From assembly GCF_031769215.1 (NCBI RefSeq), contig NW_026782628.1:124001-188000 (forward strand): a DNA stretch of 64,000 nucleotides. The letters are read 5' to 3'. This DNA is from Ylistrum balloti (lineage: Eukaryota). Below the pieces are notes generated by a model. The model did no database searches, was not told the origin of the DNA, and worked only from the letters and a program-made list of their open reading frames with translations. Shown piece after piece: positions 53,519 through 64,000 of the stretch. Made by a program: the position numbers and the translations under genes. Numbering within the stretch: the first letter of the stretch is position 1; the number at the start of each line of letters is the position of its first letter.

Positions 53519-54262
53519 AAGAACAGTTGAGGCAGCTGACTCTCGCTAAAATCTCCCCAGACAACTGACACATAGTGTCCAGACCATTGTTAAGGAACGG
53601 GCGAGACAGCTGGTCATCGCTAAAATCTCCCTAGACAACTGACACATAGTGTCCAGACCATTGTTAAGGAACAGTTGAGGCAGCTGATTGTCGCTAAAAT
53701 CTCCCTAGACAACTAACACACATAGTGTCCAGACCATTGTTAAGGAACAGTTGAGGCAGCTGACTGTCGCTAAAATCTCCCTAGACAACTGACACATAGT
53801 GTCCAGGCCACTGTTAAGGAACAGTTGAGGCAGCTGACTGTCGCTAAAATCTCCCTAGACAACTGACACATAGTGTCCAGACCATTGTTAAGGAACAGTT
53901 GAGGCAGCTGACTGTCGCTAAAATCTCCCTAGACAACTGACACATAGTGTCCAGGCCATTGTTAAGGAACGGGCGAGACAGCTGGTCATCGCTAAAATCT
54001 CCCTAGACAACTGACACATAGTGTCCAGACCATTGTTAAGGAACAGTTGAGGCAGATGGTCATCGCTAAAATCTCCCTAGACAACTGACACATAGTGTCC
54101 AGCCCATTGTTAAGGAACAGTTGAGGCAGCTGATTGTCGCTAAAATCTCCCTAGACAACTGACACATAGTGTCCAGACCATTGTTAAGGAACAGTTGAGG
54201 CAGCTGATTGTCGCTAAAATCTCCCTAGACAACTGACACATAGTGTCCAGACCATTGTTAAG
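53519..54262. repeat. 74-bp tandem repeat, about 10 copies
   Basis: Unit aacagttgaggcagctgactgtcgctaaaatctccctagacaactgacacatagtgtccagaccattgttaagg. Confidence 0.96.
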
Positions 54263-54608
54263 GAGCCACCTAACACTTCTAAATCTGAAGTCCAAAATGG
54301 TAGAATTCACCGCACCGTCGGAGTCATTGACTGCTATGGTTAAGCAGGGTGTAGTTGTGTACCCACAGCGTGACAACAGACAGGAATTTTTGCTGCCACA
54401 AACGACTAGCACCATCATTCACTATTTTCGTTGTAATGGGATGGGCCTCGATGTGTTTATAGGCTGGACAGGGGCAGTCTAAACCAACAACAAGGTGTCA
54501 GTTATAGGGAAAGTCTGGCCAACTAATTTCAACTGTGTCCACCATGTGATTACTAGACCACGTCCACCTATTGGTCATTCTGGAGGTGTTACATTTCAAC
54601 GTGATGAA

Positions 54609-55082
54609 CATAGGCTATCCCTACTCAACCATCACAGCCCCACTCAAACATAGGCTGTTTCTACCCAACCATCTGAGCCCCACTCAAACATAGGCTGTTC
54701 CTACCCAACCATCGGGGCACCTATCAAACATAGGCTGTTTCTACCCAACCATCTGAGCCCCACTCAAACATAGGCTGTTCCTACCCAACCATCGGAGCAC
54801 CTATCAAACATAGGCTGTTTCTACCCAACCATCGGAGCCCCACTCAAACATACGCTGTTCCTACCCAACCATCACAGCCCGACTCAAACATAGGCTGTTC
54901 CTACCCAACCATCGGAGCCCCACTTAAACATAGGCTGTTTCTACCCAACCATCGGAGCCCCACTCAAACATACGCTGTTCCTACCCAACCATCTGAGCCC
55001 CACTCAAACATAGGCTGTTTCTACCCAACCATCACGGCCCCACTCAAACATAGGCTGTTTCTACCCAACCATCAGTGCCCAC
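54609..55082. repeat. 40-bp minisatellite, about 12 copies
   Basis: Unit aaacataggctgtttctacccaaccatcggagccccactc. Confidence 0.95.
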
Positions 55083-56696
55083 TCTACTTCTCTGAAAAGG
55101 TGAATACAATGATTGGGAGACATAGACTTTGTACTGAGTGTGAATGACAGTAATGGTGGTTTCAAATTTTGGCCATTAACATCAGTGACGAAAGGACGAA
55201 ACAGCTGTATGATGCAGTTCAACACATTGTTTGGCTCTACTGTATCGAACTCTAAATTATGAAAAGGTGCTATTCACGTGTGTGTCTTTTGTACAACCTC
55301 TGAGGAACTTTGAGAACATGTCTAATGCAGACAATATGTAAGAATTTCCAGGTTGTGTTAGTAGAGGAAGTGGTCCATACAGGTCAATTTCTAAGACCAG
55401 AAATGGTTGGTATGGTGTGGGAAATGAAGCACCTCTTCATCATAGTTTTGGTAACATTTTTAAGAGTCCTGGAGTGTTCTGTTTTCCATATAGGCAGCGA
55501 TAGAAGAGTGTACATCCACTTTCAGACGTTTTACTAGGTCCCTCTCCTGATCTGAGCCTGACCAATAACATCCTGACGACTCCGATATATATCTGTATCA
55601 AAGTCCTTGTATGGAATGTTCGGACTATCAGGACTTAGTTGTTACTCACATGCGTTAATCATTTCCCGACAATCCGGATAAACACCAAGATTTGTACCTG
55701 CTGGTGCACCAGATTTAGTTGTCAATTCGAAAGCATTTCCCGATGTAGCGCTGTCCATTTCAGTATCTAGGTGATATGACTCATCATATGGACGATTACA
55801 GTAATTTTGATCGTTATTTGAAATGGATCAATCTCACCTGCACCACCGATCATTTTATCGCGATCATTTTGAGTAACGATCATATAAGGTGCAGAACAGT
55901 CCTTGCTACCATATAGTCTAGAATCAGACTTGCAGGTATCAACAACACTGTCACAAGTATGGGTTTCTCTCTCCTCAATGCGAACACCATCACCTCCTTC
56001 TATCCAGTCGGATCCATCATCAGTAAAACTCCTAAGATCACAACTTAAACGCATTGGTTTCCCTGTCAAAGCAAAAAAATGAACGTTTTTTCACCGACTC
56101 TTGTATCCGGTTTGGTCATGATCACGCTCAGAATCTACATCATATTCAACAAAGAAATCCAAGGATGCTAGGGATAGGGCAATGCTGGACTTATTAATGC
56201 TTGGTCAGAGTCTGTATTTGCAGTGAGTAACCGTTGGATAGTTTCGCTGAACCTACATGGTTACACGGTGCTACCTGGAGACAAGGCATTTGACAAGCAA
56301 TCAGACACTATGGCAATTGATGCAAATAAAATATCAGAATTTTCCCAGAGAATAAGTCCTCATTTCTTATTCACATTTTGATGTTTCATTGCACTCCTTG
56401 CATCAATCTTTCCCAGCTCTGTTATCTGTCAAAACAAAACGTTCTCAAGCCTGTCCGATATTGTGAGTCGTGTTTTGTAGACACCTCTCACGTAGACACA
56501 CAACCATTTCTGAAAGCGTGTCGTTGAACAGCGTGGCTTGGGTGACAAACATGAGTACTTGGTGAACCCGCAAAATGCATGTTGGTGAAATCCCATATGC
56601 AAAATGATCGCTCCACGAATATGTGTCTTCATTGCCCATTAAAAACTGTCGATGATGGGCATAAATGGCGTATATGTGTAGATATATGCCTCCCAA

Positions 56697-57590
56697 GGTT
56701 ATGTGGTATTGTCTCTTAGGTTGTGTGGTATTGTCTCTGAGGTTATGTGGTATTGCCTCTGAGGTTATGTGGTATTGCCTCTGAGGTTATGTGGTATTGT
56801 CTCTGAGGTTGTGTGGTATTGTCTCTGAGGTTATGTGGTATTGTCTCTGAGGTTATGTGGTATTGTCTCTGAGGTTATGTGGTATTGTCTCTGGGTTAAG
56901 TGGTATTGTCTCTGGGGTCATGTGGTATTGTCTCTGAGGTCATGTGGTATTGTCTCTGAGGTCGTGTGGTATTGTCTCTGAGGTCGTGTGGTATTGTCTC
57001 TGAGGTTAAGTGGTATTGTCTCTGAGGTTATGTGGTATTGTCTCTGAGGTCATGTGGTATTGTCTCTGAGGTCGTGTGGTATTGTCTCTGAGGTCGTGTG
57101 GTATTGTCTCTGAGGTTAAGTGGTATTGTCTCTGAGGTTAAGTGGTATTGTCTCTGAGGTCATGTGGTATTGTCTCTGAGGTCGTGTGGTATTGTCTCTG
57201 AGGTCGTGTGGTATTGTCTCTGAGGTCGTGTGGTATTGTCTCTGAGGTCGTGTGGTATTGTCTCTGAGGTTAAGTGGTATTGTCTCTGAGGTTAAGTGGT
57301 ATTGTCTCTGAGGTTAAGTGGTATTGTCTCTGAGGTTGTGTGGTATTGTCTCTGAGGTTAAGTGGTATTGTCTCTGAGGTTATGTGGTATTGTCTCTGAG
57401 GTTATGTGGTATTGTCTCTGAGGTTAAGTGGTATTGTCTCTGAGGTCGTGTGGTATTGTCACTGAGGTCGTGTGGTATTGTCTCTGAGGTTGTGTGGTAT
57501 TGTCTCTGAGGTTGTGTGGTATTGTCTCTGAGGTTAAGTGGTATTGTCTCTGAGGTTGTGTGGTATTGTCTCTGAGGACTTGTGGTATCA
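56697..57590. repeat. 22-bp minisatellite, about 40 copies
   Basis: Unit ggtattgtctctgaggtt(at/gt/aa)gt. Confidence 0.97.
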
Positions 57591-58303
57591 TGTTGGATAG
57601 ATGTATGTCGATAGTGATGTGTACATATAAACAGTATTGGTATTGTACAAGTCTCCATCTGTAGCTCTATACATAATGTATTTTCAAATTGATATCTAAA
57701 GATATGCTCAATATTTCTCGAGTACCTTTGCGATTTGGAGATACAATGCATTCGATTACAATGCATAATTAGTTTGTTGTCTTTTGGTGTTAATTCATTG
57801 TTTCAAAGCATCACCATTGTTTTTTTGTATTTTTATTTTTGCCATGTTATCTCCCTTTGTATTTCGAAATTTAATACTACCATCACTCTGTAGATTTGAG
57901 TTATAAGATAATAATCATTGTGTTTATACTATATACAAAACAGGAAAACAGAAACATTATTAGTACCATGATATTTGTCAGGTCTTCGGTTGTATTATAA
58001 CAGCTGACATGGTGTTGGCCCCTGATCAAAGTCTTTTTCTCTCACTTCAATACTATACCCGAAATTCCACATTTTATCTGGGCTGTGTCCTAGTATTTTC
58101 ACAACCTGATGATAGTATTCCTTCTACTACCTATGCTGGCTACAATAAACACATTCACATAACTATCGGTTTTCTTTTCTTTTAAATATCAATGGAAATA
58201 TGTTCAATGAAAATTCTACGTACTCGACATACAAAAATGTTTACAAGTAATTTAGTCCAGACTCTAATTTTTCAGACAGAGCAGATTTGTTTATCTTTGG
58301 CAG

Positions 58304-58472
58304 GTTTTTGGCACTAAAATGATTGCAAAGAGTAAAGATATGATGGCTACAAAAGTTGAGTGCTCATGCGCAGAGAGTGGTACAAATATAGGCAAGCTAA
58401 ACGACTCTTATGTCACCCGATATCTTCAAAGCTTCCACACAGAGATGGAACATTTCTTGGACGTTGTGAAAG
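58304..58472 (+). CDS. iolG: iolG-like exon 6
   Basis: ttggcAG acceptor, GTATGT donor. Encodes VFGTKMIAKSK...YVTRYLQSFHTEMEHFLDVVK(G). Phase 0 in, phase 1 out. Confidence 0.9.
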
Positions 58473-58815
58473 GTATGTAATAATGATCCCTGTTTTAATG
58501 TTGAGATACATCGACAAGCAAAAAGTACATCCTATCACTGATTGTAAGACGTTTAGAATTTTCACTGGTGAATGGATGTCATCTGACTGTTCACAAATTG
58601 TTTCTATCCTCAGTGCTCTACAGTTTATATTCTGTGTTATGATTTTATGTGGTGAAGCTCATTCTACAAAGTGAACTCCATCCTGTCATCCTGTGATTTA
58701 ATTTACCATCATTAACCAAGAATTACTAAGTAACAACCTTTGATATAGGGATATTTCGTTCTCACTGATGTTCTATCATCACCAAATAACATATTTGTAT
58801 TTGTTTGTAATCCAG

Positions 58816-58922
58816 GTAAGGCGATATGTGACGTCACACCCGAGGGTTACATCATCGCCTCCGAAATATCTGAGATGCTGATGAAATCTGCGCTAACCGG
58901 AGAAGTCCTTAAACTAGGATAA
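58816..58922 (+). CDS. iolG: iolG-like exon 7 (terminal; total CDS 1041 nt, 346 aa)
   Basis: tccAG acceptor. Encodes GKAICDVTPEGYIIASEISEMLMKSALTGEVLKLG*, with TAA at 58920-58922. The seven exons sum to a whole number of codons. Confidence 0.88.
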
Positions 58923-59044
58923 CCTATTCCGACAAAAATTATCTGTTTATCTAAACAATCCTAAATCATTTCTACTCTCGGTGATGGATGTAGGTTCAAA
59001 AAGGTCTTTGCTTTCTTCCACTTCTATTTAACATACATACGTAC

Positions 59045-60428
59045 TTTTGTTGTCATACATGGACATACTTTTGTGGTTGTATGAAGACATGGACATACTT
59101 TTGTGGTTGTATGTAGACGTGGACATACTTTTGTGGTTGTATGTAGACATGGACATACTTTTGTGGTTGTATGTAGACGTGGACATACTTTTGTGGTTGT
59201 ATGTAGACATGGATATACTTTGGTGGTTGTATGTAGAAATGAACATACTGTATGGTTGTATGTAGACATGGACATAGTTTTGTGGTTGTATGTAGACTTG
59301 GACATAGTTTTGTGGTTGTATGTAGACTTGGACATAGTTTTGTGGTTGTATGTAGACTTGGACATAGTTTTGTGGTTGTATGTAGACATGGACATAGTTT
59401 TGTGGTTGTATGTAGACATGGACATAGTTTTGTGGTTGTATGTAGACATGGACATACTTTTGTGGTTGTATGTAGACATGGACATACTTTTGTGGTTGTA
59501 TGTAGACATGGACATACTTTTGTGGTTGTATGTAGACATGGACATAGTTTTGTGGTTGTATGTAGACATGGACATAGTTTTGTGGTTGTATGTAGACATG
59601 GACATAGTTTTGTGGTTGTATGTAGACGTGGACATACTTTTGTGGTTGTATGTAGACTTGGACATACGTTTGTGATTGTATGTAGACATGAACATACTGT
59701 ATGGTTGTATGTAGACATGGACATACTTTTGTGGTTGTATGTAGACGCGGACATAGTTTTGTGGTTGTATGTAGACATGGACATACTTTTGTGGTTGTAT
59801 GTAGACGTGGACATAGTTTTGTGGTTGTATGTAGACGTGGACATAGTTTTGTGGTTGTATGTAGACGTGGACATAGTTTTGTGGTGGTATGTAGACATGG
59901 ACATAGTTTTGTGGTTGTATGTAGACGTGGACATAGTTTTGTGGTTGTATGTAGACATGGACATAGTTTTGTGGTTGTATGTAGACATGGACATACTTTT
60001 GTGGTTGTATGTAGACATGGACATACTTTTGTGGTTGTATGTAGACATGGACATAATTTTGTGGTTGTATGTAGACATGGACATACTTTTGTGGTTGTAT
60101 GTAGACATGGACATACTTTGGTGGTTGTATGTAGACATGGACATACTTTTGTGGTTGTATGTAGACATGGACATACTTTTGTGGTTGTATGTAGACATGG
60201 ACATACTTTTGTGGTTGTATGTAGACGTGGACATACGTTTGTGGTTGTATGTAGACATGGATATACTTTTGTGGTTGTATGTAGACGTCGACATACTTTG
60301 GTGGTTGTATGTAGACATGGATATACTTTTGTGGTTGTATGTAGACGTGGACATACGTTTGTGGTTGTATGTAGACATGGATATACTTTTGTGGTTGTAT
60401 GTAGACATGGACATACGTTTGTGGTTGT
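59045..60428. repeat. 30-bp minisatellite, about 46 copies, just 3' of the iolG-like stop
   Basis: Unit ttttgtggttgtatgtagacatggacata(c/g). Explains all ORFs at 59024-60439. Confidence 0.98.
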
Positions 60429-61039
60429 GTGATTGACATACTTATTATCAGTCTAGTTTAGTTGACCACCGCTCGGTGTGCCTTCGGTGCACTTTATATG
60501 CCGTCTGTTGTGCACTCGGAAACACCATGTTCCTAGAGACCATGTCAGGTTGAACCCATGTAAGGGTCAGTGTGAATCACTTTGGTGAAGGGAATAATGT
60601 TTGTAGCTTTGCATTGATGAATCTGTGTTCTCGTGTTAATCAATCAGCCTTGTTTGACTTATTTGTAAAGAGTTGGCAGCTAAAGCTTTATGCGCACATG
60701 TACCATCTGTTGGTAAAAGTATACATTATCACTTCTGTGTGTATTTTACCTGGGTACGTGTGACATTATTAAAATGTGGATATATTAACATTCGTTTGTC
60801 TTATCTGTGTATAAACAACTTCACAGTATGTAGTTATGAGTAGGTTCGAAAGATGCAGTTTAAAGATGATGTTTTAAACCTTTCTTCTTATCAGAGTTAT
60901 CGACATTTGTCGTGTGTTTATGAAAAACGTGATTCAGCATATCAATGATTCATTTCATAGCTTCCCAAGGTAATTATCAACATTACTGCTTAAAAATTTC
61001 AACGTTTTAAGTTGAATGCCGTCGGCGATGGCGGCATTA

Positions 61040-61460
61040 GTCCCCAACATCACAATAATGTGTAAAGTACGTGAGGAGTGACAGGACTGTTTAACACAGT
61101 TACGTAAATTACCTCAAAAGACGTTGTAAACATGCGTCTACATTTAATTTTAGTTGTAATCCGAGGGATCATGAAAAATCCATTGGCTGAAAACACTATT
61201 CACGAAATATCTTTGAATGACACTACCATTAAATTACAATCGTGTAGTTTCTGCCGGGTGCTTTATTCGCCATGTATACAAAAACTGAGTTCCTTTCCCC
61301 CAAAGATGCTTCTGACCAAATTTGGTCGAAATCTGTTCAGCCATGCATGAGTAGTAGCGATTTGTTGGAAAAGTTGACGGACGGACTTATTTATTATCTT
61401 TAATGGATTTTACGCCCATTGCAATGGCCTTGTGCCCTTTCAAAGGACCTGAAAATATAA
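61040..61460 (+). mobile_element. Dispersed non-autonomous repeat remnant (same type as 11370-12060, opposite orientation)
   Basis: gatgcttctgaccaaatttggtcgaaat...aaaagttgacggacggac...tgccctttcaaaggacctgaaaa. Confidence 0.4.
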
Positions 61461-61869
61461 AAAAAAAAAGTTAGTTTAGAGGAATTAGTAGGAACCGATG
61501 GGAGTGAGTGGGATACAGAAATGTGTTAGAGCTGGGCCGTCTATGCCACAATGAATAACAAAAAATATGTCTGGGTGGGGAAATTTAAAGTGAAGCATTT
61601 TACTATTTTCTTACTTATTAACTTTTTTTCTAAGTATCCTGATACATTCATACAAACACATCAACAACAAAAAACATGTCTGGGGTGGGGAAATTTAGGG
61701 TCGGGCAAGGGGAGTTCATGGCTATGGTGAAATGAAGCATATCACCTATTTCTTAAATAACTTCTTTCATCATTTTTTTCTAATTTGGATGATTAATACA
61801 TTGACGGATTTGGTACTAATACCATTTACGTAAAGAAGGATATGATACTGTATATATAAGAACGTATAT

Positions 61870-64000
61870 GAGCTTGTGTTGTGGTTTTTGTGGTTGGTGT
61901 GACGTGTAAGTGAGCTTGTGTTGTGGTTTTTGTGGTTGGTGAGACGTGTCAGTAAGCAAGCTTGTGTTTTGGTATTTGTGGTTGGTGTGACGTGTCAGTA
62001 AGCAAGCTTGTGTTGTGGTTTTTGTGGTTGGTGAGACGTGTAAGTGAGCTTGTGTTGTGGTTTTTGTGGTTGGTGAGACGTGTCAGTAAGCAAGCTTGTG
62101 TTTTGGTATTTGTGGTTGGTGTGACGTGTAAGTGAGCTTGTGTTGTGGTTTTTGTGGTTGGTGAGACGTGTCAGTAAGCAAGCTTGTGTTTTGGTATTTG
62201 TGGTTGGTGTGACGTGTCTGTAAGTGAGCTTAGTGTTGTGGTTTTTGTGGTTGGTGTGACGTGTCTGTAAGCTTGTGTTGTGGTGTTTGTAGTTGGTGTG
62301 ACGTGTCTGTAAGCGAGCTTGTGTTTTGGTTTTTGTGGTTGGTGTGACGTGTCTGTAAGTAAGCTTGAGTTGTGGTGTTTGTAGTTGGTGTGACGTGTCT
62401 GTAAGCGAGCTTGTGTTTTGGTTTTTGTGGTTGGTGTGACGTGTCTGTAAGTAAGCTTGTGTTGTGGTGTTTGTAGTTGGTGTGACGTGTCTGTAAGCGA
62501 GCTTGTGTTTTAGTATTTGTAGTTGGTGTGACGTGTCTGTAAGTGAGCTTGTGTTGTGGTTTTTGTGGTTGGTGTGACGTGTCTGTAAGTAAGCTTGTGT
62601 TGTGGTGTTTGTAGTTGGTGTGACGTGTCTGTAAGCGAGCTTGTGTTTTGGTTTTTGTGGTTGGTGTGACGTGTCTGTAAGTGAGCTTGTGTTGTGGTTT
62701 TTGTGGTTGGTGTGACGTGTCTGTAAGTAAGCTTGTGTTGTGGTGTTTGTAGTTGGTGTGACGTGTCTGTAAGCGAGCTTGTGTTTTGGTTTTTGTGGTT
62801 GGTGTGACGTGTCTGTAAGCGAGCTTGTGTTTTGGTTTTTGTGGTTGGTGTGACGTGTCTGTAAGTGAGCTTGTGTTGTGGTTTTTGTGGTTGGTGTGAC
62901 GTGTCTGTAAGTAAGCTTGTGTTGTGGTGTTTGTAGTTGGTGTGACGTGTCTGTAAGCGAGCTTGTGTTTTGGTTTTTGTGGTTGGTGTGACGTGTCTGT
63001 AAGTAAGCTTGTGTTGTGGTGTTTGTAGTTGGTGTGACGTGTCTGTAAGCGAGCTTGTGTTTTGGTTTTTGTGGTTGGTGTGACGTGTCTGTGAGCTTGT
63101 GTTGTGGTATTTGTTGTTGGTATAATGGGTCTGTAAGTAAGCTTGTGTTGTGGTATTCGTGGTTGGTGTAACGTGTCAGGGAGCTTGTGGTGTGGTATAT
63201 GTGGTTGGTGTGACGTGTCAGTGAGCTTGTGTTGTGGTATTTGTGGTTGGTGTGACGTGTCAGTGAGCTTGTGTTGTGGTGTTTGTAGTTGGTGTGACGT
63301 GTCTGTAAGCGAGCTTGTGTTTTGGTTTTTGTGGTTGGTGTGACGTGTCTGTAAGTAAGCTTGAGTTGTGGTGTTTGTAGTTGGTGTGACGTGTCTGTAG
63401 CTTGTGTTTTGGTTTTTGTGGTTGGTGTGACGTGTCTGTAAGTAAGCTTGTGTTGTGGTGTTTGTAGTTGGTGTGACGTGTCTGTAAGCGAGCTTGTGTT
63501 TTAGTATTTGTAGTTGGTGTGACGTGTCTGTAAGTGAGCTTGTGTTGTGGTTTTTGTGGTTGGTGTGACGTGTCTGTAAGTAAGCTTGTGTTGTGGTGTT
63601 TGTAGTTGGTGTGACGTGTCTGTAAGCGAGCTTGTGTTTTGGTTTTTGTGGTTGGTGTGACGTGTCTGTAAGTGAGCTTGTGTTGTGGTTTTTGTGGTTG
63701 GTGTGACGTGTCTGTAAGTAAGCTTGTGTTGTGGTGTTTGTTGTTGGTGTGACGTGTCTGTAAGCGAGCTTGTGTTTTGGTTTTTGTGGTTGGTGTGACG
63801 TGTCTGTAAGCGAGCTTGTGTTTTGGTTTTTGTGGTTGGTGTGACGTGTCTGTAAGTGAGCTTGTGTTGTGGTTTTTGTGGTTGGTGTGACGTGTCTGTA
63901 AGTAAGCTTGTGTTGTGGTGTTTGTAGTTGGTGTGACGTGTCTGTAAGCGAGCTTGTGTTTTGGTTTTTGTGGTTGGTGTGACGTGTCTGTAAGTAAGCT
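61870..64000. repeat. 42-46-bp GT-rich minisatellite, more than 45 copies, running off the window end
   Basis: Unit gcttgtgttgtggtttttgtggttggtgtgacgtgtctgtaagt(a/g)a. Confidence 0.97.

Larger units (their letters stand above)
52700..56700 (-). pseudogene. Probable decayed cadherin-repeat membrane-protein gene nested antisense in iolG-like intron 5
   Basis: Minus-strand fragments resemble cadherin repeats: FELTTKSGAPAGTNLGVIRI (about 55680-55740), LEFDT...VTDVNGQ...TITVI (about 55140-55260), LTIAVNDSDGA (about 54310-54345) and VHDNILRISDHRVTSVPEMLPI (about 53330-53400), then a TM-like AGMNFIIIIMMLA (about 52990-53030). Many stops and frameshifts. Identity is inferred from weak motifs. Confidence 0.4.

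Noticed and set aside
55767-56069. Tectonic-like or Ig-like domain in the 100-aa minus-strand ORF
   Set aside because: Only scattered residue matches (DW, C, YG) with inconsistent spacing. Neighbouring fragments fit cadherin repeats better, though that is also unproven.
59024-60439. Several 190-470-aa ORFs
   Set aside because: A 30-bp array open in many frames on both strands.

Overview
Eukaryotic animal genomic DNA, not prokaryotic. It is AT-rich with GT-AG introns, and its repeat families look like those of molluscs, probably a bivalve (inference). Three host genes can be built. (1) The last three coding exons of FBXL18 on + (933-4259). (2) A type II membrane GT-A-fold glycosyltransferase-like gene on -, with its whole CDS in one exon (12769-13893). 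(3) A complete 7-exon, 346-aa Gfo/Idh/MocA (myo-inositol 2-dehydrogenase, IolG-like) gene on + (43102-58922); all splice phases are consistent. Between and inside these genes lie a LINE with a long open ORF2 and a frameshifted 2A-like (DVETNPG) leader, a second rearranged LINE, two unrelated Penelope-like remnants, a Tc1 remnant, a decayed IS3EU-like DDE transposase, SINE/Helentron-like remnants, a probable decayed cadherin-repeat gene antisense in an intron, and about 15 unrelated minisatellite or low-complexity arrays covering roughly a quarter of the window. Most long ORFs in the supplied track are artefacts of these arrays. The most unusual observation is that both ends of the last FBXL18 intron are minisatellites made of the splice sites themselves: about 16 copies of the exon end plus donor, and 18 tandem CAG|GTATG acceptor-donor units ending in the real acceptor. 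No CRISPR array, rRNA or intact tRNA was found. No database searches were run; family assignments come from recognised motifs.
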